NCBI GenBank assembly: GCA_963833225.1
Contig: CAWHXD010000008.1
Location: forward strand, 896,001 to 960,000
Length of the DNA: 64,000 nt
Direction of reading: 5' to 3'
Source of the DNA: an uncultured Chloroflexia bacterium
GTDB taxonomy: Bacteria > Chloroflexota > Limnocylindria > Limnocylindrales > CSP1-4
The position numbers were made by a program, and so were the translations under genes. Shown one piece after another: positions 24,135 to 34,547 of this stretch; the first letter of the stretch is position 1; each line of letters starts with the position of its first letter. Under the pieces are notes generated by a model. It ran no database searches and was not told the origin of the DNA. It was given only the letters and a program-made list of their open reading frames with translations.

Positions 24135-25415
24135 GCGGCTGGATCGGCAGGGCCGTCGCCCGCTGGCGGCGATCGCCGGTGCCATCCGGCCGCGGCGCTC
24201 GTGCCGGGCACGCGCGTGGCGTCCGAGGTCCAGGACGATCCGGATGTCGTCGGCGCCGGCCGCCGCGTCCCGTCGGGTGAGGCGGGCTCTGTCGTTGCCG
24301 AGGCGCTCGACGCCCTGAGGGACCTCGGTGCGGTCCACCCGGCCCCGATCGTGCTCGGCTACCACCCGGTGCTGCCGGGGAACCCGTACGCGGCGCTGCT
24401 CTACCAACGAGCCTGGGACGCCGGGATTGCGCCTGTGCCCGTCGCGACACGGGCCCAGCTCGCGGAGCTCACCCAGCTCGCGGCACAGGGCCACCGGGTC
24501 GTGCTCCACCTCCACTGGCTCAACCGGCCGCTCCGGCGAGCGTCCACCCCGGCCGAGGCCGAGGCGTCCGGGCGGGCCTTCCTGTCGCTGATCGACACGC
24601 TCCACGAGGCCGGTGGGCGTGTGGCGTGGACCGTCCACAACCTGCTGCCCCACGCGGCGCGCTTCGAGGAGGAGGAGGGCCGGTTCCGTGGCGCGGTGGC
24701 CGAGCGTGCCGACCTGATCCACGTCATGGCGTCAGAGACGCGGCGCCTGGTCGCCCCCTATTTCGAGCTCCCGGAAGATCGCATCCTGCCCGTCCCGCAT
24801 CCCAACTACATCGGGGTCTACGCGGACACCGTGGGACGCGGCCAGGCTCGCCATGACCTGCGGCTGCATCCGGACGAGCTCGTGTACCTGGTGCTGGGCA
24901 GCATCCGGCCCTACAAGGGGATCGATGAGCTGCTGGACGCCTGGAACGACCTGCCCAGGGACGGCACGCCGCGCCGGCTGCTCATCGCGGGCCGGCCCGG
25001 GCACGAGCCGGGGATCCCCGAGCTGCTGGAGCGCGCGAGCTCGCTCCCCGATGTCGTGCTCCACGCGGGTCGGATCGAGCCTGACGCGATCGGCGCATAC
25101 CTCCGAGCCGCGGATGTCGCCGTGCTGCCATACCGGCGCTCCCTGAACAGCGGGGCGCTGATGCTCGCGATGTCGTTCGACCTGCCCGTCATCGTGCCGG
25201 CGGGCGGCGGGCTGGCCGAGCTCGTGGACGGGCGCAACGGGATCACCTTCGAGGGCGGCGATCGAGCGGCCCTGGTCGACGCGATGCGCCGGGCGCCGGC
25301 GATCGCGACGCCGGCCGGGCGCGCCGCCGCCGGTGCCACGGCGAGCCGGTTCGACGCGGCCGAGATCTCGGAGCGATTCGCGGTAGGCGTGCGCGAGCGG
25401 CTCGGCTGGGCCTGA
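24131..25415 (+). CDS. Glycosyltransferase family 4; frameshift near 24200
   Basis: NPY, LHLHW, WTVHN, GSIRPYKG, LPYRRSLNSG. Confidence 0.85.
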
Positions 25416-25442
25416 GGCCCCAACGGCCGGCGGCGGCCGCGA

Positions 25443-26330
25443 TCAGCCGGCCTGCGCCCTGAGGACCGCGAGCCCGTGCTGGGTCGCGGTGATCTCGGGG
25501 CTCAGGTCCGTGCGCTCGGAATGCCACCGCTCGAGCATCCGCTTCTCGGCGTCGCGCCCGGCATCGTCGACGATGACGACCGAGCCCGGGGCAAGCTTGG
25601 CGCCCAGGACGGGCAGCGCCGGGTAGCGCGGCGTCCCGTGGCGATCGGTCGCCTGGGGCGGGCCGTCGACGAGGAGCAGGTCCACCCGGTCGAGCGCAGC
25701 GACTGCGTCGGGCACCAGGTACCAGGCGTACGTCTCGGAACCGAGGGTGTATGGAACGAGGGGCGCGTCGAGCACTGAGACGACCGCCTCAAGGTCGAGC
25801 GCGCGGACGTGCCGCCGGGTCCGCTCGGCGTATGCGGGGTCGTGTTCGAGCGAGTACAGGTGGCCCCGCCCGGCGCGCCGCAGCTGCAGGCCGATGACCA
25901 GGGTTGACGCGCCCGAACCGAGCTCCACCACCGACTCCGGGACGCCGGTGGCAACCTCACGGGCCAGGATGGCCGCCGCTTCGTAATCGAGCGCCCAACC
26001 GCCAAGGGGCAGTGGGTAGGGCACATCCATGGCGGAGAAGGCCGCAGCCGCCTTGGCCTCGCGCACGTGGCGCTCGAGCTCGGTGAGGCGCGCGGTGAGC
26101 TTCGTGGAGGCCGCCCGCACCTGGCGATCCCGCCGCTGGGCGGTGATGCGGGCGCCCTGCCGCCCGCGAACGCCCGTGGCAACCACCAGCCCGCTGACGA
26201 TCGCCACGGGGACGACCGCCTCCACGTCCGTGACGCCGGCATACGCGAACAACGCCGTGAGCCCTCCGGCGACGAGCCCTCCGGCAAGCCCGTAGGCCTC
26301 GGGAAGGGTCAGCCAGCGGGACGGTTGCAT
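25443..26330 (-). CDS. Membrane-anchored class I SAM-dependent methyltransferase
   Basis: Two N-terminal TM helices; VVELGSGAST, SLEHD, LLLVDGPP, IVDDA. Confidence 0.85.
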   Translation of the reverse strand: MQPSRWLTLPEAYGLAGGLVAGGLTALFAYAGVTDVEAVVPVAIVSGLVVATGVRGRQGARITAQRRDRQVRAASTKLTARLTELERHVREAKAAAAFSAMDVPYPLPLGGWALDYEAAAILAREVATGVPESVVELGSGASTLVIGLQLRRAGRGHLYSLEHDPAYAERTRRHVRALDLEAVVSVLDAPLVPYTLGSETYAWYLVPDAVAALDRVDLLLVDGPPQATDRHGTPRYPALPVLGAKLAPGSVVIVDDAGRDAEKRMLERWHSERTDLSPEITATQHGLAVLRAQAG

Positions 26331-26368
26331 GAGGGGATCCTACTCGGCCTGCACCGCGCGGGACCGCG

Positions 26369-27580
26369 TCAACGGGTCGCCTGTCTGCCCGAGGAACCAC
26401 TGGCCACGCTCCAGCCATCGAGCACCGCCGACGCCACGGGCCGCCCGACCACGGGCACCGTCATCGCCAGCCGGAGTGGCCAGCGCTTGGATCTGGCCCT
26501 GATGCTCCTGATCAGCCCGTGGTCGATGCGGGCGGCCACGATCGCCAGGTCCAGGAATGCGCGTCGCGCGGGCGGCGCCAGCTCGTGCATCTGTCGCCCG
26601 AGCGGGTCGATCACCTCCACCCTGACGGCGTCCTCGGCCCCCGCCACGGCCGCCTCGGGCACGTGACGCAGCAGGTCGCCAAGCGCGTTCAGCATCAGCG
26701 GCAGGTCCGGGTCCTGGCGCTCCACGGCTCGGTGGAGCTGGGCGCCGAGGTCCGCCCGGATCAGCCGGCGCAGGTACAGGCCCTCCATGCGCCCGGCCGA
26801 GACCGGGTCGTACGCTTCGGAGAACGCGCCGGCGGCGACATCGAACGCGACCCCGGCCATGCGCACGGCCTCGGCCCCGAGGCTGGCCGACCGCTCGCGG
26901 GCACTGGTGATGGTCGGCACCCCGGCGTCGGGACGCGGCCGTCGCCACTCGTAGACCAGGTCGTCGATGACCTCGATCCGGTCGCCTGCCCGGACGAGGG
27001 CCCGTACGACCCACGGCTGATCACCCACCATGCGCCCCTCGAACCGCAGGCCGGAGGACGTGGAGCGGTGGAACAGCTTGCCAACCGGACCCACGTAGTA
27101 GAGGAGGTCGGGGTGGGCCAGGAGCGACTTGCGCCCGGGCTCGCGGATGTCCGGCAGGTCGTACAGCTTGGGGAACCACGTCCGCTCGCCGTCGGTCGAG
27201 ACCCGCTGGCCGACAACGGCGAGCGCGGCCGTCTCGTCGCCACGCCGCACCAGCGCTCCCAGCCCTCCGGGGATCAGCCGGTCGTCCGCGTCGAGGAAGG
27301 TCAGCCACTCGCCGGTTGCCAGCTCCAGCGCCCGGTTTCGGGCCGCGGACACGCCGCCGTTCACGGCCAGCCGGTCCACGACCAGGCGCGGGTCGCCGGA
27401 TGCCAGCCGCGCCAGGATGGCGGCAGTCCCGTCGATCGATCCATCGTCGATCACCACGCACTCGAGGTCGACGTCGCGCTGGTCGAGGGCGGACTGCACC
27501 GCGGTCTCGATCGAGGCTTCGACGTTCCAGGCCGCCACGATCACGGACAGGCGCGGGGGTGCGGCTCCGGGGGTCGCCAT
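26369..27580 (-). CDS. Glycosyltransferase family 2
   Basis: LSVIVAAWN, IDDGSIDGT, GVSAARN, FLDADD. Confidence 0.88.
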   Translation of the reverse strand: MATPGAAPPRLSVIVAAWNVEASIETAVQSALDQRDVDLECVVIDDGSIDGTAAILARLASGDPRLVVDRLAVNGGVSAARNRALELATGEWLTFLDADDRLIPGGLGALVRRGDETAALAVVGQRVSTDGERTWFPKLYDLPDIREPGRKSLLAHPDLLYYVGPVGKLFHRSTSSGLRFEGRMVGDQPWVVRALVRAGDRIEVIDDLVYEWRRPRPDAGVPTITSARERSASLGAEAVRMAGVAFDVAAGAFSEAYDPVSAGRMEGLYLRRLIRADLGAQLHRAVERQDPDLPLMLNALGDLLRHVPEAAVAGAEDAVRVEVIDPLGRQMHELAPPARRAFLDLAIVAARIDHGLIRSIRARSKRWPLRLAMTVPVVGRPVASAVLDGWSVASGSSGRQATR

Positions 27581-27612
27581 GTGTGCAGGATACGGTCCCG
27601 TCCGCCCGGGGA

Positions 27613-28409
27613 TCAGGCCGCGAGCGCGCGCCCGACGGCCCGCCGCAGCCTCGCCGCCACCTCGTCGAGCTCGGAGCTCGGCTCCCCGGTCGCCTCATCC
27701 ATGTAGACGTCCCGGCGGACCTCGATCATGAGCGATGCCACGCGGTGGTCCGTGCCATACCAGCGAAGCGGGACGACCGAGCCCGACGAACGGCCGGTCG
27801 ATCGCCACGCGAAGCCCTTCTCCGCGCAGGGCCTCAGCGAGTCCCTCGACCAGGGGCGCGGGCGTGTGGAACGGATCGGTGCCGAGGCAGACCTCCGGCC
27901 GGCCGGGATCCTGGTCGGACTCCGAAGGGAGCGGGACGCTCGCAGAACGAGTGGCCATCGAGGATCACGCAGGTCCCGAACCGCGCAAGCGTGGCCGCAA
28001 CGACCAATTCGAGCGTGCGGTGATAGGGCCAGTACCAGCGGTCCATGAGCCGCCCACGCACCCGGTGATCCGCATCACGAAGGCGAGCGCCGGTGGTCGT
28101 GAGCGTGTAGACGGCGCCCTGGCCGACGGCCGCCATCGGCTCGGCCTCGTCCTCGGGGAACCGCTCCGGGTCCACCACCAGCCGGCTCACCCCGTTGACC
28201 AGCATGACGCCGCCGAGCTCCCGGATCCAGCCGTAGAGCCGGTCGGTGTGCGCGTCGGTGAGGCACAGGAGCTCGGCGGCCAACGCGGCCTCGTCGAGGA
28301 GCAGGCCGGCGCGCTCTCCCGGCGGGAGGAACCTCGACGCATGCGGCACGTGACCCACGATGGGCCGCGTGGGTCCGACTGGGTCCAGGAGACGGTAGGC
28401 GGCGGTCAT
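27613..28409 (-). CDS. N-formylglutamate amidohydrolase family; frameshifted
   Basis: HVPHAS, TDAHTD, SRLVVDPERF, YWPYH, LDGHSF, VCLGTD; MIEVRRD in the 3' frame. Confidence 0.82.
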
Positions 28410-28459
28410 CCGTGCCATCATCGCCCTCCGGGGCGTGGTCCGCGGGATGCGCGAATCCG

Positions 28460-28502
28460 TTGACCCAGCCCGTGCGCTCACGTATGCTCGATAATCGATG
28501 AT
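28460..28502 (+). promoter_or_regulatory. sigma70-like promoter with overlapping TCGATAATCGA operator (copy 1)
   Basis: TTGACC 28460-28465, 17 nt spacer, TATGCT 28483-28488; TCGATAATCGA 28488-28498. Confidence 0.75.
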
Positions 28503-28543
28503 ACGACCGCGGCGACGCCGAGCCGCTGCAGAAAGGGAGCACG

Positions 28544-29330
28544 ATGGGCTATCTGGACAGGTTCGCGCTCGAAGGCAAGGTCGCCTTGGTTTCCGGCGGC
28601 GGCGGTGCCATCGGGTCCGCGATCGCCGGGGCCCTCGCGGCGGCCGGTGCGAAGGTGAGCGTGGTCGACGTGACGCAGGAGCGCGCCGACGAAGCCGCGG
28701 CCAAGGTCGGCGAGGGCGGCGCCGAGGTGCTCGCGCTCGCGGCGGACGTCACCACGGAGGCCGACTGCGACCGCATCGTGGCCGCCACCGTTGAACGCTT
28801 CGGCCGGCTCGACATCATCGTCAACTGCGTGGGCGGCGGCGCCGGCAAGGTGCTGTTCGACGCGCAGGAATACCCCCGCGACGCGTGGGACTGGATCATG
28901 GAGCTCAACCTGCGGAGCACGCTGCTCGCCACCCAGTCGGCCGTCGCGCGCCATGATCAAGGCGGGCCACGGTGGCGTGGTCGTCAACATCAGCTCGGTC
29001 CGCGCCTCGCTGGGCATCAACGCCGGCTACTCCGCCTACGTCGCCGCCAAGGGCGCGATCAGCTCGCTGACCCGCCAGTGGGCAACCGAGTGGGCGAAGC
29101 ACGGCATCCGGGTCAACGCCATCGCCCCCACCTTCGTGGACACGCCGCAGGTCGCGATGCTGCTCGGCGACCCCGAGTTCCGCTCCAGCGTCGAGGCACG
29201 GATCCCGCTCGCCCGCGTCGGCGGCACGGACGACATGACCGGACCGGTCGTGTTCCTGTGCTCGGACGCCGCGGCCTTCGTCACCGGCCAGATCCTCGGG
29301 GTCGACGGCGGCCTCACCGCGACCCAGTAG
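28544..29330 (+). CDS. Short-chain dehydrogenase/reductase; frameshift near 28950
   Basis: SGGGGAIG, NISS, YVAAKG, RVNAIAP, GQILGVDGG. Confidence 0.9.
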
Positions 29331-29356
29331 CCCCAACGGAAGGGAGCCCAGCCTCA

Positions 29357-30250
29357 ATGGAGCAGGTCACCAGCCGCATCTTCGCCGAGACGAAGGTGCG
29401 GGGCTGCAACCCGAGCTTCGTGCTCACGTCGAAGGGCCCGGTCGTCATCGACACCCCGCAGCTGCCGTCGAAGGCCGTGGAGATGCGGAAGGCGGTCGAG
29501 GAGCACGGCTCGATCCAGTACGTGATCAACACGGAGCACCACGTCGACCACATCTTTGGCAACTACTGGTTCAAGGGTGCGGGGCCGATCATCCACCACC
29601 AGGGTGTCCATGAGCGGTTCATGACCGTGTACCCGGAGCTCGACCCGTTCGCCTACGCCCTCGAGGCGCTGCCGACCGACGATCCGGATGGGGCCGCGCT
29701 GGTCCCCGATCGCGAGACCTACTACGCGAACATGGGCACGGCGGACATCGTGTTCACCGGAGACGTCACGCTCAAGGTCGGCGACCGGACCTTCCACCTG
29801 CTCCACACGCCCGGCCATACCCCGGGCCAGGTCGCGGTGTACGTCCCCGAGGAGCGGGCCGTCTTCACCGGGGACACGATCTTCTCCGAGTGCACGACGT
29901 GGCTGATGACCTCGGACGTGGACCAGTGGATCACGTCCCTGGACCGCATCCGGGCGCTGGACTTCGACCACGTGATCCCCGGCCACGGGCCGGTCCAGAC
30001 CAAGGCCTACCTCGCCACCCAGCGCTCGTTCATGCTCGAGTGGAAGACGGCGGTGGCGGTCGCGATCGCGAAGGGCTGGAGCCGCGAGGAGACGATCGCG
30101 CGGGTCAGCTTCGCCGAGCGCTACCCGGTCGATATCGGGCAGGAATACATGATGGACTACATCCAGGAGCGAAACGCCGGCGCGCTCTACGACAAGCTCA
30201 CGGCGCCGATGACGACGACCTACCCGGCCAAGGACGCTCCGCCCCGCTGA
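29357..30250 (+). CDS. Metallo-beta-lactamase-fold hydrolase
   Basis: TEHHVDH, PGHT, FTGD, PGHG. Confidence 0.9.
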   Translation: MEQVTSRIFAETKVRGCNPSFVLTSKGPVVIDTPQLPSKAVEMRKAVEEHGSIQYVINTEHHVDHIFGNYWFKGAGPIIHHQGVHERFMTVYPELDPFAYALEALPTDDPDGAALVPDRETYYANMGTADIVFTGDVTLKVGDRTFHLLHTPGHTPGQVAVYVPEERAVFTGDTIFSECTTWLMTSDVDQWITSLDRIRALDFDHVIPGHGPVQTKAYLATQRSFMLEWKTAVAVAIAKGWSREETIARVSFAERYPVDIGQEYMMDYIQERNAGALYDKLTAPMTTTYPAKDAPPR

Positions 30251-30258
30251 GGCGGCCG

Positions 30259-31195
30259 ATGCACGGCCGGATCGCGCCCGTCACCGTCCCGGACGACTTC
30301 CGGGTCTTCGCGGCGTCCGACCTCCACGGCCAGCTGCGGGCGACCGACCGGCTGCTCGCCGCCGCCGGGCTGACCGATGGCGGCGCCACCTGGATCGCGC
30401 CGCCGGCGACCGCGCTGGTCGTGACCGGCGACATGGTCGACCGGGGGCCCGACTCCGTGGGCCTCGTGCGCGCGGCTGGTCTCGCTGCGGGACCAGGCAC
30501 CGGCCCGTGGCGGGCTCGTCGTCCTGCTCGAGGGCAACCACGAGGTCCAGGTGCTCGGCGGGCTCGATGGGGTGCCCCTGGTCCAGCGCGCGTTCATGAC
30601 CTTCGGCGGCGCCGCGACCCTGCTGTCCGCGGGCCTCACGGAGGTCGACTGGCGAGACCGGCCGGCCGCCGACATCGCCGAGCGGTTCGACCGGGCAGCT
30701 CCCGACCTGCGGCGCATCCTGTGGGGGTTCGCGCCCTACGCCCGGTGGCGAGACACTCTCCTGGTGCATGGCGGGCCGGTCCCCGGACAGGACCTCGAGT
30801 CGTTCGAGGCCAGCTCGCGCCGTCTCTGGATCCGGCGTGCCTTCTTCGAATCCGAGGCTCGCTTCCCCGATGGCGAGCCGTGGCGACCGCACCGGCTGGC
30901 CGGGACCCGCCAGGTCGTGTTCGGGCACACGCCCGTGACCGAGCCCACGCTGTTCCATGGTCGCCGGGCGCTCAACCTCGATACCTGGCGCGGCGACACG
31001 GTGACGCTGGCCAGGCTGCCCGAGAGCGGCGACCTCCGCGATGTCGAGATCCTGTCCTCGCCCGCGGAGCCGCGGGCCGTGGCGGACGGCGCCGTGACGC
31101 CAGACCAGATCGCGCTCCTCGACGTCGAGATCACGAGCGTGGTGGACGAGTACTGGCAGGGTGTCAAGGGCCCCGGCCGGGTCGCGCGTCCCTGA
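30259..31195 (+). CDS. Calcineurin-like (PPP-type) metallophosphoesterase; frameshift near 30470
   Basis: SDLHG, GDMVDRG, GNHE, VHGG, FGHT. Confidence 0.85.
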
Positions 31196-31203
31196 CCCGG
31201 TCG

Positions 31204-31391
31204 CGGGGTGTTGCCTGCCAGGCACCGATCTCGCCCCTGGTCGCCCGGTGGCCCCCGGGGTGTTGCCTGCCAGGCACCGATCTCGCCCCTGGTCGCCCGG
31301 TGGCCCCCGGGGTGTTGCCTGCCAGGCACCGATCTCGCCCCTGGTCGCCCGGTGGCCCCCGGGGTGTTGCCTGCCAGGCACCGATCTCGCC
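31204..31391. repeat. Perfect 52-bp tandem repeat, ~3.6 copies
   Basis: Unit CGGGGTGTTGCCTGCCAGGCACCGATCTCGCCCCTGGTCGCCCGGTGGCCCC starts at 31204, 31256, 31308 and 31360 (partial). Confidence 0.95.
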
Positions 31392-31518
31392 GCCCGACCC
31401 GGACGTGGTGCCCCGGAGGCCACGTTCCCGGTCCCGGGAGCCGCCTGCCGGCGGTTTCAGTGCCTCACGGGCAACGCCCGACGGGCAACAGCCGCCAGCC
31501 CGTACGCTATCCTTCAGG

Positions 31519-31540
31519 ATCATCGATAATCGAGCATACG
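31519..31540. promoter_or_regulatory. TCGATAATCGA operator (copy 2) upstream of Zn-ADH
   Basis: ATCATCGATAATCGAGCATACG; 21/22 identical to the reverse complement of 28481-28502. Confidence 0.7.
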
Positions 31541-31605
31541 CTCGATCAGTCGTCGTCCCGGGCGCGCGATACTCCCGACGACGACGTCGCCCAGGAGAAC
31601 CCCCG

Positions 31606-32670
31606 ATGCCCACCCTGCCCGCGACCATGGAGGCCCTCGTCGTCCTCGAGCCCAGCGTGCTCGAGATCCAGGAGGTGCCGGTCCCGGCCCCAGGACCCAA
31701 CGAGGTCCTTGCGCGCGTGCGGGCCGTCTCGATCTGCGGCACCGACGCCCACCTGATCCGGGGCGACTACCCGGGCTTCTGGCCGCCCTCGTTCCCGTTC
31801 ATCCCGGGGCACGAGTGGGCGGGCGAGATCGCGGCCCTGGGCCCTGGGGCCGAGCGATTCGGCTGGCAGGTGGGCGACCGGGTCGCCGGCACCAGCCATG
31901 ACGCCTGCGGCGTGTGCCGCGAGTGCGTGGAAGGCCGCTACAACCTGTGCGAGAACTACGGGCGCGAGGGCCTGCACCGCCAGTACGGCCACAGCGTGCA
32001 GGGGGCGGACGCCACCTACGTCGTGCAGGGCGTCAAGACGATCTTCGCGCTGCCGGACGCGCTCACGTTCGAGGACGGGGCCCTGATCGACCCCGCCTCG
32101 ATCGCCCTCCACGTCGCCAACCGCGGCAACATCACCCCGGGCGACACGGTGGCCATCACCGGGGCCGGCGCGATCGGGCTGCTCGGCGGCGACGCGTCCC
32201 GCATCCGCGGCGCGGCGCGCGTGATCGTGGTGGGACGCGGATACCGGCTCCAGAAGGCGGCGGCGATGGGCTTCGAGACCGTCGACACCGCCGCCGGCGA
32301 TCCCGTCCGTGCGGTCCGGGCGATGACCGGAGACCTCGGGGTTGACGTCGTCCTCGAGTGCGCGGGCGTCCCCGAACTGCTGGGAGCCGCGCTCGAGATG
32401 CTGCGGCGCGGTGGGCGGTGCGCGGCTGTCGGCATCCCGACCGTCGGCGTGGAGATCGCCATGCAGCGCCTGGTGCTCGACGAGCTGGAGCTCGTCGGCT
32501 GCCGCGCGAGCGCCGGCGAGATGCGGCGCGTGATCCCGCACGTGGAGCAGGGTCGGATGCGGGTCCGCGAGATGGTGACCCACCGCTTCGCCCTGGCGGA
32601 CTACGCCGAGGCGCTGGCGACCTTCAACGACCGCGCGAGTGGCGCGATCAAGATCCTGGTCAACCCCTGA
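31606..32670 (+). CDS. Zn-dependent alcohol/polyol dehydrogenase (paralog A)
   Basis: ICGTD, GHEWAG, CGVCRECVEGRYNLC, GAGAIG; AGGAG RBS. Confidence 0.92.
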   Translation: MPTLPATMEALVVLEPSVLEIQEVPVPAPGPNEVLARVRAVSICGTDAHLIRGDYPGFWPPSFPFIPGHEWAGEIAALGPGAERFGWQVGDRVAGTSHDACGVCRECVEGRYNLCENYGREGLHRQYGHSVQGADATYVVQGVKTIFALPDALTFEDGALIDPASIALHVANRGNITPGDTVAITGAGAIGLLGGDASRIRGAARVIVVGRGYRLQKAAAMGFETVDTAAGDPVRAVRAMTGDLGVDVVLECAGVPELLGAALEMLRRGGRCAAVGIPTVGVEIAMQRLVLDELELVGCRASAGEMRRVIPHVEQGRMRVREMVTHRFALADYAEALATFNDRASGAIKILVNP

Positions 32671-32690
32671 CCCTGCGTCCCAACCAGTGA

Positions 32691-32771
32691 TCAGATCGGG
32701 TCGGCGAGCCCCAGCGTCAGGCCGCCGTAGACGTCGATGACGGCACCCGTGACCCAGCGCCCGCCGTCGCC
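32691..32771 (-). repeat. 81-bp direct duplicate of the SDR 3' end at 34548-34628
   Basis: 77/81 identical by eye, includes the stop codon. Confidence 0.9.
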
Positions 32772-33105
32772 CGACCCGCGGCGGCGTGTTCGCCCGTGGA
32801 TGGCGGGCAGCAACGATTCCATGACTTGGATCCGGCGCTGGATTTCCGCGGCCTCCGCGTCCGAGAGCGGGACACCCCATGTCATGTTCGGATAGCCGAC
32901 GGCGTCCTGCGCGGCCCGAGTCACCGTCGCAGGGCTGGCGTCGAGGCTGAGGTCCATACGGAAGGCCATCGCCTGAGCGAGGTCAGCCCGCGCCGACTCG
33001 GACTTTTTCGGTGACCACCTCCGATCCCGCCTGCACAGCAGCCCCGGGTACGCCGATGCCCAGTGCCAACACTCCGATGACCAACGAGACTATCGATCCC
33101 CTCAC
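32772..33105 (-). pseudogene. Truncated secreted-protein gene fused to the duplicated SDR tail
   Basis: GGAGG RBS and GTG at 33105 give signal peptide MRGSIVSLVIGVLALGIGVPGAAVQA; after a frameshift reads AMAFRMDLSLDAS...WGVPLSDAEAAEIQRR and runs into the SDR duplicate. Confidence 0.55.
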
Positions 33106-33137
33106 CCCTGGTGCCTCCGTTCTCGTCGGCCATTCTT

Positions 33138-34376
33138 CTACGGGTCGCCGGTCACCACGATGGTCAGCATGGCCTCGCCATCGCGCGGGACCACGACATG
33201 GCCGCTCCCGAGTTCCGCGTCCGTCGACCCGGTCGCTCGGACGATGACGGTGTAGCCCGTTGCCGCGATGCGCTCCCAGATGGCGATCCCGTCGGCTCCG
33301 AGCGTGCTCCCGGTCAGCGCTCCGGCGTTGGCGCGTGGCACGTCCGGCACGAGGTCCACGTCCCGGTACGTCACCGGTTTGCCGGCGGCATCGACGACCG
33401 TCACCACCAGCGACCCGTACCCGAGGTCCGGGATCGGCGGCAGGATCTCGACCTCGACGACCAGCCAGCCCGGTCGCTTGCCGAGGGCCTCGTAGGCGAG
33501 GTCGCGCGCGGACTCCATGTCGAGGCCCTCGCGATCGGTGGACAGTTCGAGCAGGACGCGGTTCTCCTTCGTTTCAAGCGCGTGGCCCTCGAAGTCGAGG
33601 TCCGCCGCGGCGAGCCTGGCGCGGAAGCCGGGATCCTTGAGTTGGCGGCGGAACCGGTTGAGCTCAGCCTGCGACCAGCGGACCTCGGAGACGGTGAGGT
33701 CCACCGTGTTCGCGAACAGGGCCTCGAGAGCCACCTCGTGCTGGGCGGCGTGGCCGCTGACGAGAATGTGCGGGCGTCCAGCGTCGAGGTACCAGCCGGC
33801 CCACTCGTCGGGATGCTCGCGTCCGTACGCCCCGATGACCGGGGCGAGGTTGTTGGACGCATCGATCGCGCGGTCGTAGAGCGCGGCCTCGTCGGGCATC
33901 AGCAGGAGCTGGTTCATCCGGAGCACCGATGTTGGGTCGAGGATGACGGCACGGACCCACGCCTCGTCCGCCCGGTAGCCGAGGGCCTCGCGGGTCTCCA
34001 TGGACCAGCGAAGGTTGCCCTCGACGACCCGGGGCGCCTCGCCCGGGTGGATCCGCACGCCCCACCCGAAGGCCGCGCCGGGCTGGGCCTCGGCGGCGAT
34101 CACCCACTCGCGGTCAAAGCGCATGCCCCGCGCGCCGCGCATCGCGATCGCCGCCTCGATGCGCTCCTCGATGGCCGGGGAGAGGGTCGGCGACGGTGCC
34201 GGGGCCGCGGACCGCATCCCGACCGAGGCCGACCCCACCGGGGTGGGCGGCGCGGCGACCTTCGGGGATGGCGCCTGCTGACCACACCCGGCAACGGAGA
34301 GCGCGGCCAAGGCAATGATCGGGCCTGCCCACCATGCCCGTCGGGCCTCGTGTCGCCGTTCGCCTGCGTTCCCCAT
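33138..34376 (-). CDS. Putative lipoprotein with C-terminal Ig-like (carboxypeptidase-regulatory-like) domain
   Basis: Lipobox-like SVAGC; internal repeat RFDREWV / RADEAWV; GSLVVTVVDAAGKPV. Confidence 0.65.
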   Translation of the reverse strand: MGNAGERRHEARRAWWAGPIIALAALSVAGCGQQAPSPKVAAPPTPVGSASVGMRSAAPAPSPTLSPAIEERIEAAIAMRGARGMRFDREWVIAAEAQPGAAFGWGVRIHPGEAPRVVEGNLRWSMETREALGYRADEAWVRAVILDPTSVLRMNQLLLMPDEAALYDRAIDASNNLAPVIGAYGREHPDEWAGWYLDAGRPHILVSGHAAQHEVALEALFANTVDLTVSEVRWSQAELNRFRRQLKDPGFRARLAAADLDFEGHALETKENRVLLELSTDREGLDMESARDLAYEALGKRPGWLVVEVEILPPIPDLGYGSLVVTVVDAAGKPVTYRDVDLVPDVPRANAGALTGSTLGADGIAIWERIAATGYTVIVRATGSTDAELGSGHVVVPRDGEAMLTIVVTGDP

Positions 34377-34547
34377 GCCGCACCCCCAGCGACGCCGGGC
34401 TGACGCTACACCTTCCGCAGTCGACTCACAAGCAGGCCCCCGTCCCGGCTCGTTCACCCAGACCCGCGGTCAGCCCACTGGCGCGGCGCCGCTCCTCGAC
34501 CCTGGGCAAGGACCGGGACGGCCGATCGGGCTTGCTGCAGCAACCGT

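Noticed and set aside
28544-30250. Apparent SDR-MBL fusion (568 aa)
   Set aside because: Artefact of a frameshift near 28950; the SDR ends at 29330 and the MBL gene has its own ATG at 29357.
31204-31391. Possible CRISPR array
   Set aside because: Whole 52-bp units are identical, with no unique spacers and no cas genes.
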